From the NCBI GenBank assembly GCA_014728035.1, contig WJMJ01000059.1, positions 96,001 to 160,000 of the forward strand: a stretch of DNA of 64,000 nucleotides, given 5' to 3'. Positions 1 to 9,813 of this stretch are shown in pieces. Under the pieces are notes generated by a model. It saw only the letters and a list, made by a program, of their open reading frames with translations. It was not told the origin of the DNA and made no database searches. Source of the stretch: Promethearchaeota archaeon (GTDB lineage Archaea; Asgardarchaeota; Thorarchaeia; Thorarchaeales; Thorarchaeaceae). A program made the translations under genes and the position numbers. Each line of letters starts with the position of its first letter. Position 1 is the stretch's first letter.

Positions 1-204
1 TTGATGGCCATCGAGAACGTACATATTGCAGAACAAAAATATGAGCCAAATCCAAACTACCGTGTATCTGATAAAGGAATTTTTGTTTATCTTATGAGCG
101 AAGACTTGAAAAGAATAACAGACAATTTCAGTTCAATTCCACATCCACCAACACCGGAAAGACTCATCCTGGATTTGAATATGTATTTTGACAGTATGCC
201 TTGA
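1..204 (+). CDS. C-terminal part of a hypothetical protein, truncated by the window edge
   Basis: Frame is open from base 1 to TGA at 202-204; no recognisable motif. Confidence 0.5.
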   Translation: MMAIENVHIAEQKYEPNPNYRVSDKGIFVYLMSEDLKRITDNFSSIPHPPTPERLILDLNMYFDSMP

Positions 205-255
205 AGAAAATTTCAAATCCCCTATGACAAATATTCAGAACGATAAAACAGGTGA

Positions 256-1437
256 ATGATAGTGCCTACAAATGTATCTCCCGAGTTTGATAAGCAAAGA
301 CAAATCTATGAAGATACAAATGATCTTGCACAACGAATAGTCGAACTTGAGAAGCTTCTTTCTCTCGCACCAAGGCATAAGGGTGCTGAGAGGATGATTG
401 GGGATTACAGAAAAAAGCTAGCTCAACTACGCGCAGATTTGGAGAAGAAGCGAGAGCAAGAACGGCAGAGAAGAAGTGGAGCAAGCGATGAGGGAGTAAT
501 TCGAAAAGAAGGAGCTGGTCAAGTCTGCCTTATTGGAATTCCAAATGCTGGCAAATCGGCATTGATTAATGCAGTAACAAATGCAGACCTAACTGTTGCA
601 GACTATCCCTTTGCAACACCAATTCCCACTCCTGCAATGATGCTTCTTGAGGATATCAATATCCAATTGGTTGAGATTCCAAGCATCTTCGAGGGGGCAT
701 ATGACACAGGAATTGGGCGTCAGTCATTATCAGTTGCAAGAAATACTGATTGTATTGCAATAATAGTTGACTTGTCACAAGATATCGACTTTCAGATGAA
801 TACAATACTTGGTGAGTTAGACCGAGCCAGAATTCGTCTGAATAGAGAGAAATCCGCTGTGCGAGTAGAACGAGTTGGAATGGGTGGTATCATGGTCTAT
901 GGAATTCATCATTACGAAGGAACCAAGGACGAGGTAGTCGAATTTCTGAAAAAGAAGAAGATTACAAATCTAATTGTTCGATTTCAGAAGGAGGCAACTT
1001 TCCAAAATCTACTTGATGCAATGGACTCAAGTGTCGCATTCGTTCGGGCGCTGATAGTTGCGACAAAAGGAGACGCAGCTGGTTCAAAAGAACGCTTTCA
1101 AGAACTCAAAGAGAAATATGGGCAGAGGTTTGAAATCGTTGCAATATCTGCTGAAAAAGAAGAGAATCTGGAAGCAATGCGATGGGCACTTTATGAACAT
1201 CTTGACATCCTTCGAGTTTACACAAAAATACCTGGAAAGAAACGAGAGGACAAACCAATTGTACTTCCGGAGGGGTCTGTTGTAGAAGACGCAGCAGAAA
1301 AGGTACACAAAGAGCTGTTTGTAGAACGATTTAGAGCTGCAGTGATTTTACGTGACAAAGCAAAGATTAAACGACGTCAGGTTGGACTTGGCTATCCCCT
1401 CAAAGATGGTGATGTTATACAGTTGATGTCTAGATGA
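256..1437 (+). CDS. DRG/OBG-family GTPase with C-terminal TGS domain
   Basis: G1 GIPNAGKS, switch ADYPFAT, IQLVEIP, TKGD, C-terminal RVYTKIPG...LKDGDVI TGS domain; GGTGA SD upstream. Confidence 0.93.
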   Translation: MIVPTNVSPEFDKQRQIYEDTNDLAQRIVELEKLLSLAPRHKGAERMIGDYRKKLAQLRADLEKKREQERQRRSGASDEGVIRKEGAGQVCLIGIPNAGKSALINAVTNADLTVADYPFATPIPTPAMMLLEDINIQLVEIPSIFEGAYDTGIGRQSLSVARNTDCIAIIVDLSQDIDFQMNTILGELDRARIRLNREKSAVRVERVGMGGIMVYGIHHYEGTKDEVVEFLKKKKITNLIVRFQKEATFQNLLDAMDSSVAFVRALIVATKGDAAGSKERFQELKEKYGQRFEIVAISAEKEENLEAMRWALYEHLDILRVYTKIPGKKREDKPIVLPEGSVVEDAAEKVHKELFVERFRAAVILRDKAKIKRRQVGLGYPLKDGDVIQLMSR

Positions 1438-1458
1438 TTTGATTCAGGAGATTACTTT

Positions 1459-2199
1459 TTGACCGAACTTGCCAATATTTCCATAATCCTAGTTGAACCT
1501 GAAACCCCTGGAAATGTAGGGTTTGCATCACGGGTTCTTGCAAATTTTGGTGTCAGTGACCTACGAATTGTTGGGGACGATCCCCGTCAAGAACAAGATG
1601 CACAGATATTCTCAGTCCATGCATTAGAACTTCTCGAGTCTGCTTCAATCTTCGAATATATTGAAGATGCACTTGAAGGAATTGATAATGTCTGGGCTTC
1701 TACTGCACGAATTGGTAGGAATCACAGTGTGACCCGAGCAGCTGTTCCACTTCCCCATCTTCCAAATCCTACCACATTGGATGGACGTGTAGGAATTCTA
1801 TTTGGTAGAGAGAGTATTGGCCTCATGAATGAAGAGATAGACCTATCTGATATTGTATTTACAATCCCGGTTTCTCCAGAATACCCAAGCCTCAATCTCA
1901 GTCATGCCATTGCAGTCGTTCTCTACGAGCTGTTCCACAAGTATGCTCCAGAGGCTGAGCCACGTAAAAATGACCCAAAACCAGCCACCATGAAAGAGAA
2001 GAATCAGGTCAGTATCTTCTTTGATGAAGTTGTCGATATCATCCCAATCCGAGACTACAAAAAACCAATTGCAAAACAAGTATTCAGAAATCTTCTAGGC
2101 CGGGCATTCATGACGGGACGGGAAGTGGCTACTCTCACTGGCACAATTCGAAGAATGAGAAATTATATCCTTGATCCTGACAAGTACAAAAATGAATGA
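1459..2199 (+). CDS. trmJ: SPOUT tRNA/rRNA methyltransferase (TrmJ/TrmH family)
   Basis: LVEPETPGNVG, ILFGRESIGL, YPSLNLSHA motifs. Confidence 0.9.
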   Translation: MTELANISIILVEPETPGNVGFASRVLANFGVSDLRIVGDDPRQEQDAQIFSVHALELLESASIFEYIEDALEGIDNVWASTARIGRNHSVTRAAVPLPHLPNPTTLDGRVGILFGRESIGLMNEEIDLSDIVFTIPVSPEYPSLNLSHAIAVVLYELFHKYAPEAEPRKNDPKPATMKEKNQVSIFFDEVVDIIPIRDYKKPIAKQVFRNLLGRAFMTGREVATLTGTIRRMRNYILDPDKYKNE

Positions 2200-2202
2200 T
2201 TC

Positions 2203-2222
2203 GTCAAGGGAGTTCCCTTGAC
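2203..2222. terminator. Hairpin between convergent trmJ and rpl10e; probable bidirectional terminator
   Basis: Perfect inverted repeat GTCAAGGGA-gt-TCCCTTGAC in the short gap between the two stop codons. Confidence 0.55.
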
Positions 2223-2225
2223 AAA

Positions 2226-2768
2226 CTATGCTAATCCATACCCAAGCTTTCTTCTCAGCTCGGGATCTATCTGATCAAACTCGATCTTACATGGAGTTGG
2301 CAACTTTGCTGCAGCTTTTTTAAGGGCTGTTCTGGCAACATCGATGTGTTGTCGGTCAATCCTAACCGTGACCAACGCCTGATTTCGATCGACTCGTGCT
2401 GCGACTCCTATCACTTTTCCGAAAGCCTTTCTCATTCCATCTTGAACACGGTCTGCACCAGCTCCAGATATCATCTTGTTCTCACGAAGATAATGGTAGG
2501 GTTTCACTCGAATTCGTAAATGGTAATTACGACGACCTGCTTTTCGGGTCATATGCCGATTGCATGTGACTCGTGCTGCTTCAAGTGCCTGATGTCTTAT
2601 CTGACATCGCTCAAGACCAATCAGGGATATTACTACTTCAAAATTACCAGATGTGTTCCCCATATCAAAACTCACTATTCGACTCGCTGGCTGTCTGTGA
2701 ATATACCGTTTCCGTACGTATGGAGGACGATCTGCCGTACGATAACATTGTCCTGGTCTCTTTCCCAT
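2226..2768 (-). CDS. rpl10e: 50S ribosomal protein uL16 (L10e)
   Basis: ALEAARV, LRENKMISGAGADRVQDGMRKAFGK, KLPTPC signatures. Confidence 0.97.
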   Translation of the reverse strand: MGKRPGQCYRTADRPPYVRKRYIHRQPASRIVSFDMGNTSGNFEVVISLIGLERCQIRHQALEAARVTCNRHMTRKAGRRNYHLRIRVKPYHYLRENKMISGAGADRVQDGMRKAFGKVIGVAARVDRNQALVTVRIDRQHIDVARTALKKAAAKLPTPCKIEFDQIDPELRRKLGYGLA

Positions 2769-2861
2769 TTTTTAATCACCTGTAATTTGGTCTTCGGTCT
2801 TGATGCCGTAAGGTGACCCCACGAAGTTCGAATAAAAGGATTTTGGCATAGGACTGTTGCA

Positions 2862-3590
2862 TCACTTATGAACTTCAACAAACAGATAACGAAAGAGGCA
2901 GTTATGAGAATCACAAGGTTTTGAGAAATCATGCCAAGTCAGATTATATTGGCCATGTAATTTTACCGTGGCATTATCGCGATGTTCCTTGACACTGGAA
3001 GTCCAGCTATGAATTGGTTGGGTCAGAAGACCCTCATGAATTTGGAAGTCATTGTTTGGAGTATCTTTTTGGTCTTCGGGCGGTGTCCAATACTCAATTG
3101 TATTAGTAAGGAAAATAACATAACCTACAGCCCCATCATGATTACGAACGATTTTTTCAATATGCGCTAGAGAATTGAAGAATTTGAATCTGCCAATCTC
3201 TAGTATGTTCTTCTTCTGTTTGTAGGTAACTCCGTTGATTTGTATGGGCTTTTCATCCAAGTAGTAACTGAGGTCGAAAACCGCTACGAGATTGTCATTA
3301 TTATCCTCAAGACAAATCTCCATCTTGTCGCGATCAGGCAATTCGGGTAGAGGGCACTGCATTGCCATGAAGAATGATGGATATTGTCTGTATATTTCTC
3401 GACCTAAAGAAACTCGAAAGTCTGTCACGTCTACAAATGCTTGTTGTCGTTTCGATAGGTTACGCATGATTAAATTGACGTCAATTCCTTGCATATCTTG
3501 GGTCCCCTTTTCGATAGCTAGTAGGGCTTTCCCGAGAATTGAATATGACCTTAGCTTGTCTGTGTACGGAAGTGCACTTTCTGATAGCAA
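2862..3590 (-). CDS. Hypothetical protein, possibly a degenerate PD-(D/E)XK nuclease-like fold
   Basis: 242-aa ORF; C-terminal GYVIFLTN..YW...F.IHEG...W.DFS...FRYL pattern recalls an uncharacterised family. Confidence 0.55.
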   Translation of the reverse strand: MLSESALPYTDKLRSYSILGKALLAIEKGTQDMQGIDVNLIMRNLSKRQQAFVDVTDFRVSLGREIYRQYPSFFMAMQCPLPELPDRDKMEICLEDNNDNLVAVFDLSYYLDEKPIQINGVTYKQKKNILEIGRFKFFNSLAHIEKIVRNHDGAVGYVIFLTNTIEYWTPPEDQKDTPNNDFQIHEGLLTQPIHSWTSSVKEHRDNATVKLHGQYNLTWHDFSKPCDSHNCLFRYLFVEVHK

Positions 3591-3607
3591 ATTTGATCGA
3601 TTTCGCG

Positions 3608-4546
3608 CTATTCTGTGTTTAGTGCAGCGACTATCAAGAGCGGGAACATAATCGTGGCATCACCTATGACGGTTTCAAAATTTGCTTTTGTTTGCACTTT
3701 TTGCCAAGAAACGCCCTCTTGAAGTGGTGCACCTCCAAGACTACCTCCCTCGGGACGGTCCAATGTGATTTGCACAGCTAAGTCAAGACCGCCACGGAGG
3801 ATGGTACTGCCCATTGTGAAATGTTTTGTAAGCCCACCACCCAACATTATTGCACCTGTTTTTTTAGCACCCTGAACCAACTCTCCAAGGATTCGCAAGT
3901 CCTTGATAAAATCTAGTTGGATGTTCTGCATAGTGCTGTAGGTATACAGATGAAATCCCAGCATGGAATCCATAAGTCCTGGACAAAAGATTGGCACATT
4001 GTGGAGACTCGCTTGATGAATAATTGAGGTATTATCGGATATGTTTGAACCAAGATGAGATAAGAATTCGCTTGGTGAGAGATTAGCTAAATCTTCATTT
4101 GAGATGTAATCAAAAAAGGAGTACATCTCTTTTTCAAATGTTTCAAAGTCCTCTTCTTTTACAAAGATGTCAGCTATCCTACCCATTCCAGCTATTCGTA
4201 GATCCTCATCAGATTTTCCAATTGGAACACGATAATGAGCACCACCATATGCTTCGACTAGATCATGAACAATATTAGCACCACTTGAAACAATGACATC
4301 AATTTTTTGTAAACAAAGAAGGTGACTAATGATGTTACGCAGACCACCAGGCACCATTGGTCCGGAGAGTGATAAATATGTACAACAATCAGAATCTTCA
4401 AACATTCTTCGGATGATTGATACAGCACGTCCAACTCGACCTGCGCCTAAAACTCCCACTTGTGAATATGCCTCTACTAATTCGCTTACGGAACTGATTT
4501 TTTTAAGATCGATGAACTTAACTCTATGCAATAGACTCACTATCAA
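3608..4546 (-). CDS. dys: Deoxyhypusine synthase
   Basis: SGPMVPGGLR, SSGANIVHD, LGGGLTKH, GSLGGAPLQEGVSWQK (catalytic Lys), GDATIMFP. Confidence 0.95.
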   Translation of the reverse strand: MIVSLLHRVKFIDLKKISSVSELVEAYSQVGVLGAGRVGRAVSIIRRMFEDSDCCTYLSLSGPMVPGGLRNIISHLLCLQKIDVIVSSGANIVHDLVEAYGGAHYRVPIGKSDEDLRIAGMGRIADIFVKEEDFETFEKEMYSFFDYISNEDLANLSPSEFLSHLGSNISDNTSIIHQASLHNVPIFCPGLMDSMLGFHLYTYSTMQNIQLDFIKDLRILGELVQGAKKTGAIMLGGGLTKHFTMGSTILRGGLDLAVQITLDRPEGGSLGGAPLQEGVSWQKVQTKANFETVIGDATIMFPLLIVAALNTE

Positions 4547-4792
4547 AAACCAACTATTGAAGGAGATAAGTTATTCGATAGAAAATGGGCACGAGTTCAG
4601 GGTATTTCCGGGAGGGCATAACCCGAACTCGTGTAAGTCCAAAAATGTTCAAGCAAGTCATTCATTCTTTCAAACAGAATCAGGTTTTTGGTATGTTTTT
4701 GTGGTTTCAAATAGACATTGAGATACTGGAGGGCACGCCGAAAGTATTCCTAGTTCAGTATCTTTAAACGATTTCAGCATATTTACAAATTC

Positions 4793-5416
4793 ATGCAGAC
4801 CAGTCTCGATATATTGGTATTAGAGGTCATTGGAATTGGAGTCATCTTTCAAATCATATGGCTGTTTATCACACGATTTGGAAGAGACCAGTATCTATCT
4901 GATTTGACACGCTTTTCCAAACCAAACAGTAGATTATCTAAATTCTATTCGTGGAGAATGGAAAGTACAAACAATGCATTGAAGGAGGGAATAGCCGTCA
5001 TTTCAATAGTGTTGATTATTACCGTTTCACTTTCTATCACACAGCAAGGCATCGAGTCTCTTTTGTTTCTTCTACCCTATCTTTTGTTCGTCATTGCACT
5101 GGTTGTTCTTAGTGTAATTCAGGTTATTGTTCGGGTTCATAGGTTGTCTAAGCGAGAAGATGAATTGCTTGCCAAAATGAAGAATAAAGAAGATAAAATA
5201 AATGAAGCACAACAGATAGTTGACTGGTTATACTCACAAGGAAAAGATGGTGATGGGCGACTGTGGTTTATTTTATATAGAGCTGCACAATTACCGAATC
5301 CCATTGGATATGCAATAAGAGATGCACTTTTTGAGAAAAGGAAAGAGATAGAAAAAGGAATTGAACCAGAAGGTGTATCGAGTGAAACTGAAGACAGTGG
5401 AATAGGTATAGAATAA
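4793..5416 (+). CDS. Hypothetical membrane protein (about 3 TM helices plus soluble C-terminus)
   Basis: Three hydrophobic stretches in a 207-aa ORF. Confidence 0.75.
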   Translation: MQTSLDILVLEVIGIGVIFQIIWLFITRFGRDQYLSDLTRFSKPNSRLSKFYSWRMESTNNALKEGIAVISIVLIITVSLSITQQGIESLLFLLPYLLFVIALVVLSVIQVIVRVHRLSKREDELLAKMKNKEDKINEAQQIVDWLYSQGKDGDGRLWFILYRAAQLPNPIGYAIRDALFEKRKEIEKGIEPEGVSSETEDSGIGIE

Positions 5417-5497
5417 GAAAGATAAACCGTCTATTCAGTAAGTCTTATATCCACTTTAGAAGGCGTGAACCAGAATCCCCCAAGAGAGGAACCCACA

Positions 5498-5782
5498 ATG
5501 TCAGAAAGTAAGGTGTTGAAAGGCCGTAGAGGCGTAGTTGTTAGCTATCGAAGAGGTAAACATCTCCAACATACAAATCAGGTCATTTTGAAATTCGATA
5601 ATATTGAATCAAGAAACGAAGCTGCAAGTCTGATAGGTCAGAAAATTAAATGGACTTCATCTGTGGGAAAAGAGACCTTGGGAAAAGTACTCAATGTTCA
5701 CGGAAACAGTGGTGCAGTTCGAGCCAAATTTAGAACCAATCTCCCAGGACAAGCTATTGGAACCCCAGTACACATTATTTAG
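5498..5782 (+). CDS. rpl35ae: 50S ribosomal protein eL33 (L35Ae)
   Basis: VSYRRG..LQH, HGNSGAVRAKFRTNLPGQAIG; start set at ATG 5498 after GAGGA (ORF track starts 5465). Confidence 0.96.
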   Translation: MSESKVLKGRRGVVVSYRRGKHLQHTNQVILKFDNIESRNEAASLIGQKIKWTSSVGKETLGKVLNVHGNSGAVRAKFRTNLPGQAIGTPVHII

Positions 5783-5825
5783 ACATTCATTAACCTTTAT
5801 CACGGGAGATAACTAAAGAGAAATC

Positions 5826-5896
5826 ACTCCGATGATGACTTTTGGCTATCTGAGGGCCCAAGGGTCCTAGGATGTATCATAGTTAGTCTGAGGAGT
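5826..5896 (+). ncRNA. Box C/D 2'-O-methylation guide sRNA
   Basis: Terminal stem ACTCC(5826-30)/GGAGT(5892-96), box C ATGATGA 5832-38, D' CTGA 5850-53, internal hairpin GGGCCC/GGGTCC, D CTGA 5888-91; TTTAT TATA-like box at 5796-5800; intergenic. Confidence 0.85.
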
Positions 5897-5933
5897 ACTT
5901 TATTGAATAAAACGCAACTGGAAGTATAACATA

Positions 5934-6473
5934 TTGCTTGAGTGGATACTACTTTATTCGTTCTATCTACTAGCTGGTTTCACTTTGAAGTTAGGAGATG
6001 ATTTTCTCGATGAGCTTGACAGACCCAACTTGTCTTGGATTTTCTTATCTTTGTCCGGTGCTTTTTTTGCGTATATAATTACTAACTCAGAATACGATAT
6101 GGTTCTGCTGACTTCCATAATTATTGGTGTGGTCATTTCTGGAAAAGTGAACAGGCCCCAATTTTCTATGGGTTTCATCCTAATTGCAGTAGGATTTTTG
6201 ATACGAGGGATCCCAGTTGTGACAGATTGGCTTGAATGGTTAGCTATTCTACTAATCCTCTTGCTAGCAGCGGTTTTGGACGAGAAAGGAAATGATTGGA
6301 CTGTTAGAAGTGCAAATCCAACAGCATCAATATTCTTCAATTACAGATTTTCATTGAAAGTTACCGTTCTGGCAATCTCCTTGGTCTGGCAACTATTCAT
6401 TTTTACCGCAGTTGGTCTATGGATTTTTGATTTGGGATACGAGTTGGCAGGAAAAATCAATCAGAAGATATAG
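5934..6473 (+). CDS. Hypothetical multi-pass membrane protein
   Basis: About 6 hydrophobic segments; KLGDD and LDEKGND loop motifs. Confidence 0.8.
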   Translation: MLEWILLYSFYLLAGFTLKLGDDFLDELDRPNLSWIFLSLSGAFFAYIITNSEYDMVLLTSIIIGVVISGKVNRPQFSMGFILIAVGFLIRGIPVVTDWLEWLAILLILLLAAVLDEKGNDWTVRSANPTASIFFNYRFSLKVTVLAISLVWQLFIFTAVGLWIFDLGYELAGKINQKI

Positions 6474-7515
6474 TTTGGTATGAAAGACTGCAACAAATAT
6501 CTTTGAAATTTGGCTTCAAACCGACCTCTCTTGCAAAATCCACCCCCTCCTGACTGATATATGCTATCCCATTTACTCCAGCACGAATTGCATATCTATC
6601 GGATTTAACCTTGTGATGTCCAATTGGTCTGGCACATCCTAGAAGAAGAGGTGTCTTTGGAAATCCCAGACGTGCAATCGTCAAGATTCGTCCGGTCACA
6701 CTCGGAGATGGTGGTGTTACATTTGCCATGGGCGTTCCACGAACCGGGTTCAGAATTATAATAACAATTCCCGCGGGATAGAATTCTGATATCATAGTTA
6801 GTGCATCCAGTTCTCCATTGATCTTCCCATAGTCGAGACCAATCAACACATGAGGAACAGATGGAACCTTGTATTCGTCAAGTAGACGCAAAGATTCACG
6901 AATTCGTTTTGGGCCATCTGTAAGATGGTAAACACGGTGCGAAACATCAGGATTAGCAATCACATCAAGCATAACCGCATCAACCCCTACATCGGCTAAC
7001 ATTGAAACTGAAGACTCTTTTAGAATACCTGTATGAACAACTACTTTGAGACCAAGCTGAGTTTTTACAAAACGAATTGCATCACCAAATCGATCTAATG
7101 GAACACTTCCCTGACTATCAGCACCGCCACTTATGAGAACTCCCTCTCCATTATACTTCTTGACCTCTATGCAGCGTTTAATCAATTCATCTGGAGAGAG
7201 AGTTGGAATCATGCCATTGAGTAGTTTTTTCTGACAGTGATCGCAATTCAAAGAGCATGCTAATCCTGTAACACTTAAAGAAAGGAAATTTCGGGAGTTG
7301 TTAATATGATGGTCATCAATTTGGTATTGGTAAGATGTGGGGCTATAACAGTATAGGGTGTTCCCAAAATTAGAACGGCGTGTGTTGAAAGCAGTTTCTA
7401 AATAGGACTCAAACTCCCTGTCTGATGCAACCAGTACTGAGCTACCTTCAGTCGAAATATCTATGCTCAAAGTAACCACACGGGAAAAATACATCAAGGC
7501 TTTTAGAACTTTCAT
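6457..7515 (-). CDS. Radical SAM protein (biotin-synthase-related archaeal family)
   Basis: CSLNCDHC (CxxxCxxC), LISGG, LLLGCARP, C-terminal CC; true start probably downstream of 7515. Confidence 0.88.
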   Translation of the reverse strand: MKVLKALMYFSRVVTLSIDISTEGSSVLVASDREFESYLETAFNTRRSNFGNTLYCYSPTSYQYQIDDHHINNSRNFLSLSVTGLACSLNCDHCQKKLLNGMIPTLSPDELIKRCIEVKKYNGEGVLISGGADSQGSVPLDRFGDAIRFVKTQLGLKVVVHTGILKESSVSMLADVGVDAVMLDVIANPDVSHRVYHLTDGPKRIRESLRLLDEYKVPSVPHVLIGLDYGKINGELDALTMISEFYPAGIVIIILNPVRGTPMANVTPPSPSVTGRILTIARLGFPKTPLLLGCARPIGHHKVKSDRYAIRAGVNGIAYISQEGVDFAREVGLKPNFKDICCSLSYQTISSD

Positions 7516-7592
7516 TCAGTACCAAATGATAAGCTACAAGTACTCTTTGCTAATTGGAAAACATACACGGAAAATCTCCGGAGGATATCTAG

Positions 7593-9023
7593 TTGTCGTG
7601 TGAACAAAAGGCTGACCTTGACCTCTTCTTCAAAGCTAAAAGTGTGGCAATATATGGGGCATCCGCAACACCAAATAGTGTGGGACAAGCTATTATCCAG
7701 AACTTCATCAAACCCCAATATACTGGGAAAGTATTTGCAGTTAATCCAAAATACGAGTCTGTTTTAGGGGTAAAGTGTTATCCTACTTTAGTAGACATAC
7801 CCGATCCGATTGATATGGTTGTTTGTGCTGTACCAGCACGGCTCACACCACGGGTTTTCGAAGATATTGCAGAAAAAGGAGTTAAAGCCGCAATTGTGAT
7901 ATCTGGAGGATTTTCAGAAACTGGTCCAAAAGGTGCAATCCTTGAAGATGAGATGTGTATTATAGGCCATGAAAATGATATCAGAATAATAGGTCCAAAT
8001 TGTGTAGGGATAATTGACACACATACACATGTTGATACATTTTTCTTACCCGAGTATAGGTGTGGAAGACCGAAATCAAGCAATGTAGCCAACATATCCT
8101 TGGTTTCGCAATCTGGAGCATTCGCAGCTGCAATTGCGGACTGGACATCTGAACTAGGACTCGGAATCAGCAAAATAATCAGTTTGGGGAATAAATGTGA
8201 TGTTGATGATGACGATTTGTTATGCTATTTGGGTGACGATGATTCAACACAAGTGATCTGTTATTATACTGAAGGATATGACGCGGATAAAGGACGAGTG
8301 TTCTTTGAAACTGCACAACATATTACAAAAAACAAACCTGTTCTTGTTGTGAAGTCGGGGCGCGGGCAGAGGGCAAAAGCTGCTGCCAGTTCGCACACAG
8401 GCTCTCTGGCTGGCTCAGATAGAATTGCTGATGCTGCTTATAGACAGGCAGGTATAATTCGGGCAAACAATTTTGAACAAATGTTCGATATGGCGAAAGC
8501 ACTTGCTATGCAACCTCCAGCAAAAGGTGATCGAGTCCTAATGATTACCAATGGTGGTGGTCTTGGTGTTATGACAACGGATGCTCTAGAATCTGAGGGC
8601 CTTGGAATTCCATCTCCGTCACAAGAGCTTGAAGCGCGATTTGAAGACCGTTTGCCATCATATTGTGCGTGGGGAAATCCTATTGATGTTGTGGGAGATA
8701 CTGATTCTAACCGTTATGATGCCGTTTTTGACGAGGCGATTGCAAGTGGCGAATACGATATTTTTGTTGTTGGAATGCTTTTGCAAACACCAAGTTTAGG
8801 TATGGAAATCACTAATACGATTGCAAATCATCAAAGGAGATCTGGATTGCCTTTTGTGGTTGTATCGATGGGTGGTGGATTTACCACTAAAGCAGGTCAA
8901 ATTATGGAGCTTATGGGCGTACCAACTTATGCGACTGGTGAAAAAGCAGCATTAGCTGCACGGGCTCTTGTTAGATACGGTGAAATAAAATATGGGAATG
9001 CATTCAAAAAGACTGTTGTCTGA
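7593..9023 (+). CDS. acdA: Acetyl-CoA synthetase (ADP-forming) alpha subunit
   Basis: CoA-binding VAIYGAS, IIGPNCVG, SQSGA, phospho-His motif SHTGSLAG, NPIDVVGD. Confidence 0.93.
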   Translation: MSCEQKADLDLFFKAKSVAIYGASATPNSVGQAIIQNFIKPQYTGKVFAVNPKYESVLGVKCYPTLVDIPDPIDMVVCAVPARLTPRVFEDIAEKGVKAAIVISGGFSETGPKGAILEDEMCIIGHENDIRIIGPNCVGIIDTHTHVDTFFLPEYRCGRPKSSNVANISLVSQSGAFAAAIADWTSELGLGISKIISLGNKCDVDDDDLLCYLGDDDSTQVICYYTEGYDADKGRVFFETAQHITKNKPVLVVKSGRGQRAKAAASSHTGSLAGSDRIADAAYRQAGIIRANNFEQMFDMAKALAMQPPAKGDRVLMITNGGGLGVMTTDALESEGLGIPSPSQELEARFEDRLPSYCAWGNPIDVVGDTDSNRYDAVFDEAIASGEYDIFVVGMLLQTPSLGMEITNTIANHQRRSGLPFVVVSMGGGFTTKAGQIMELMGVPTYATGEKAALAARALVRYGEIKYGNAFKKTVV

Positions 9024-9078
9024 GAAACCATAAAAGGATATGATGTTCAGCCAAGAGTGAGCAGAGGACTGAGATAAA

Positions 9079-9813
9079 ATGACGAAAGCCAAGAAGATAT
9101 TTGAAACCGCAAAGAAAGAGGGGCGAACGTTCGTCCTTGAACATGAAGCCAAGGACATAATGAAAGAGTATGATATTCCGATTCCACCATATGATACTGC
9201 ATCAACTGCAGATGAAGCTGTAGAAAAGTCTGAGAAAATTGGATTTCCTGTAGTATTGAAGATTTTATCAAAAGATATTCTTCACAAGTCAGACGCTGGT
9301 GGAGTAAAAATAAATCTCAAAAACGAAGAAGATGTAAGAACTGCTTTTGAAGAAATTATGGAAAGCGCTAAGGAATATGGCAAAGAGAAGGGTATCGATG
9401 TGGATCTCAGTAGAGGAGTATTCATTTCCAGTTTCGCTGAGATGGGGACAGAGGTTATTGTTGGTGTTACAAAGGATCCCCAGTTTGGTCATGCTTTGAT
9501 GTTTGGTCTGGGTGGTATATTTGTAGAGGTTCTGAAAGATGTCACTTTTCGATTAATACCTTTGACAAAAGTTGATGCTATGGAAATGGTCGGTGAAATT
9601 AAAGCCGCTAAGATTCTTGAAGGTGTTAGAGGTCAAGACCCAAGAGATATTGATGCACTTGTAGAAATCATTTTGAAAGTTTCAAAGATGGTCGAAGAAA
9701 ATCCACAAATCAATGAGCTTGACTGCAATCCCACTTTTGTATATTCCAAAGGAAAGGGTGCTCTGGTAGTAGATGCTAGAATCTTGATTGGAGATTCTAA
9801 ATCAGATCATTGA
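9079..9813 (+). CDS. acdB: Acetyl-CoA synthetase (ADP-forming) beta subunit, ATP-grasp
   Basis: HKSDAGGV, DPQFG, FGLGGIFVEVLKD, ELDCNP, VDARI. Confidence 0.94.
   Translation: MTKAKKIFETAKKEGRTFVLEHEAKDIMKEYDIPIPPYDTASTADEAVEKSEKIGFPVVLKILSKDILHKSDAGGVKINLKNEEDVRTAFEEIMESAKEYGKEKGIDVDLSRGVFISSFAEMGTEVIVGVTKDPQFGHALMFGLGGIFVEVLKDVTFRLIPLTKVDAMEMVGEIKAAKILEGVRGQDPRDIDALVEIILKVSKMVEENPQINELDCNPTFVYSKGKGALVVDARILIGDSKSDH

Noticed and set aside
4329-4767. ORFs 4329-4721 and 4585-4767 on the + strand
   Set aside because: The first is antisense to dys, both overlap the hairpin, and neither has protein-like motifs
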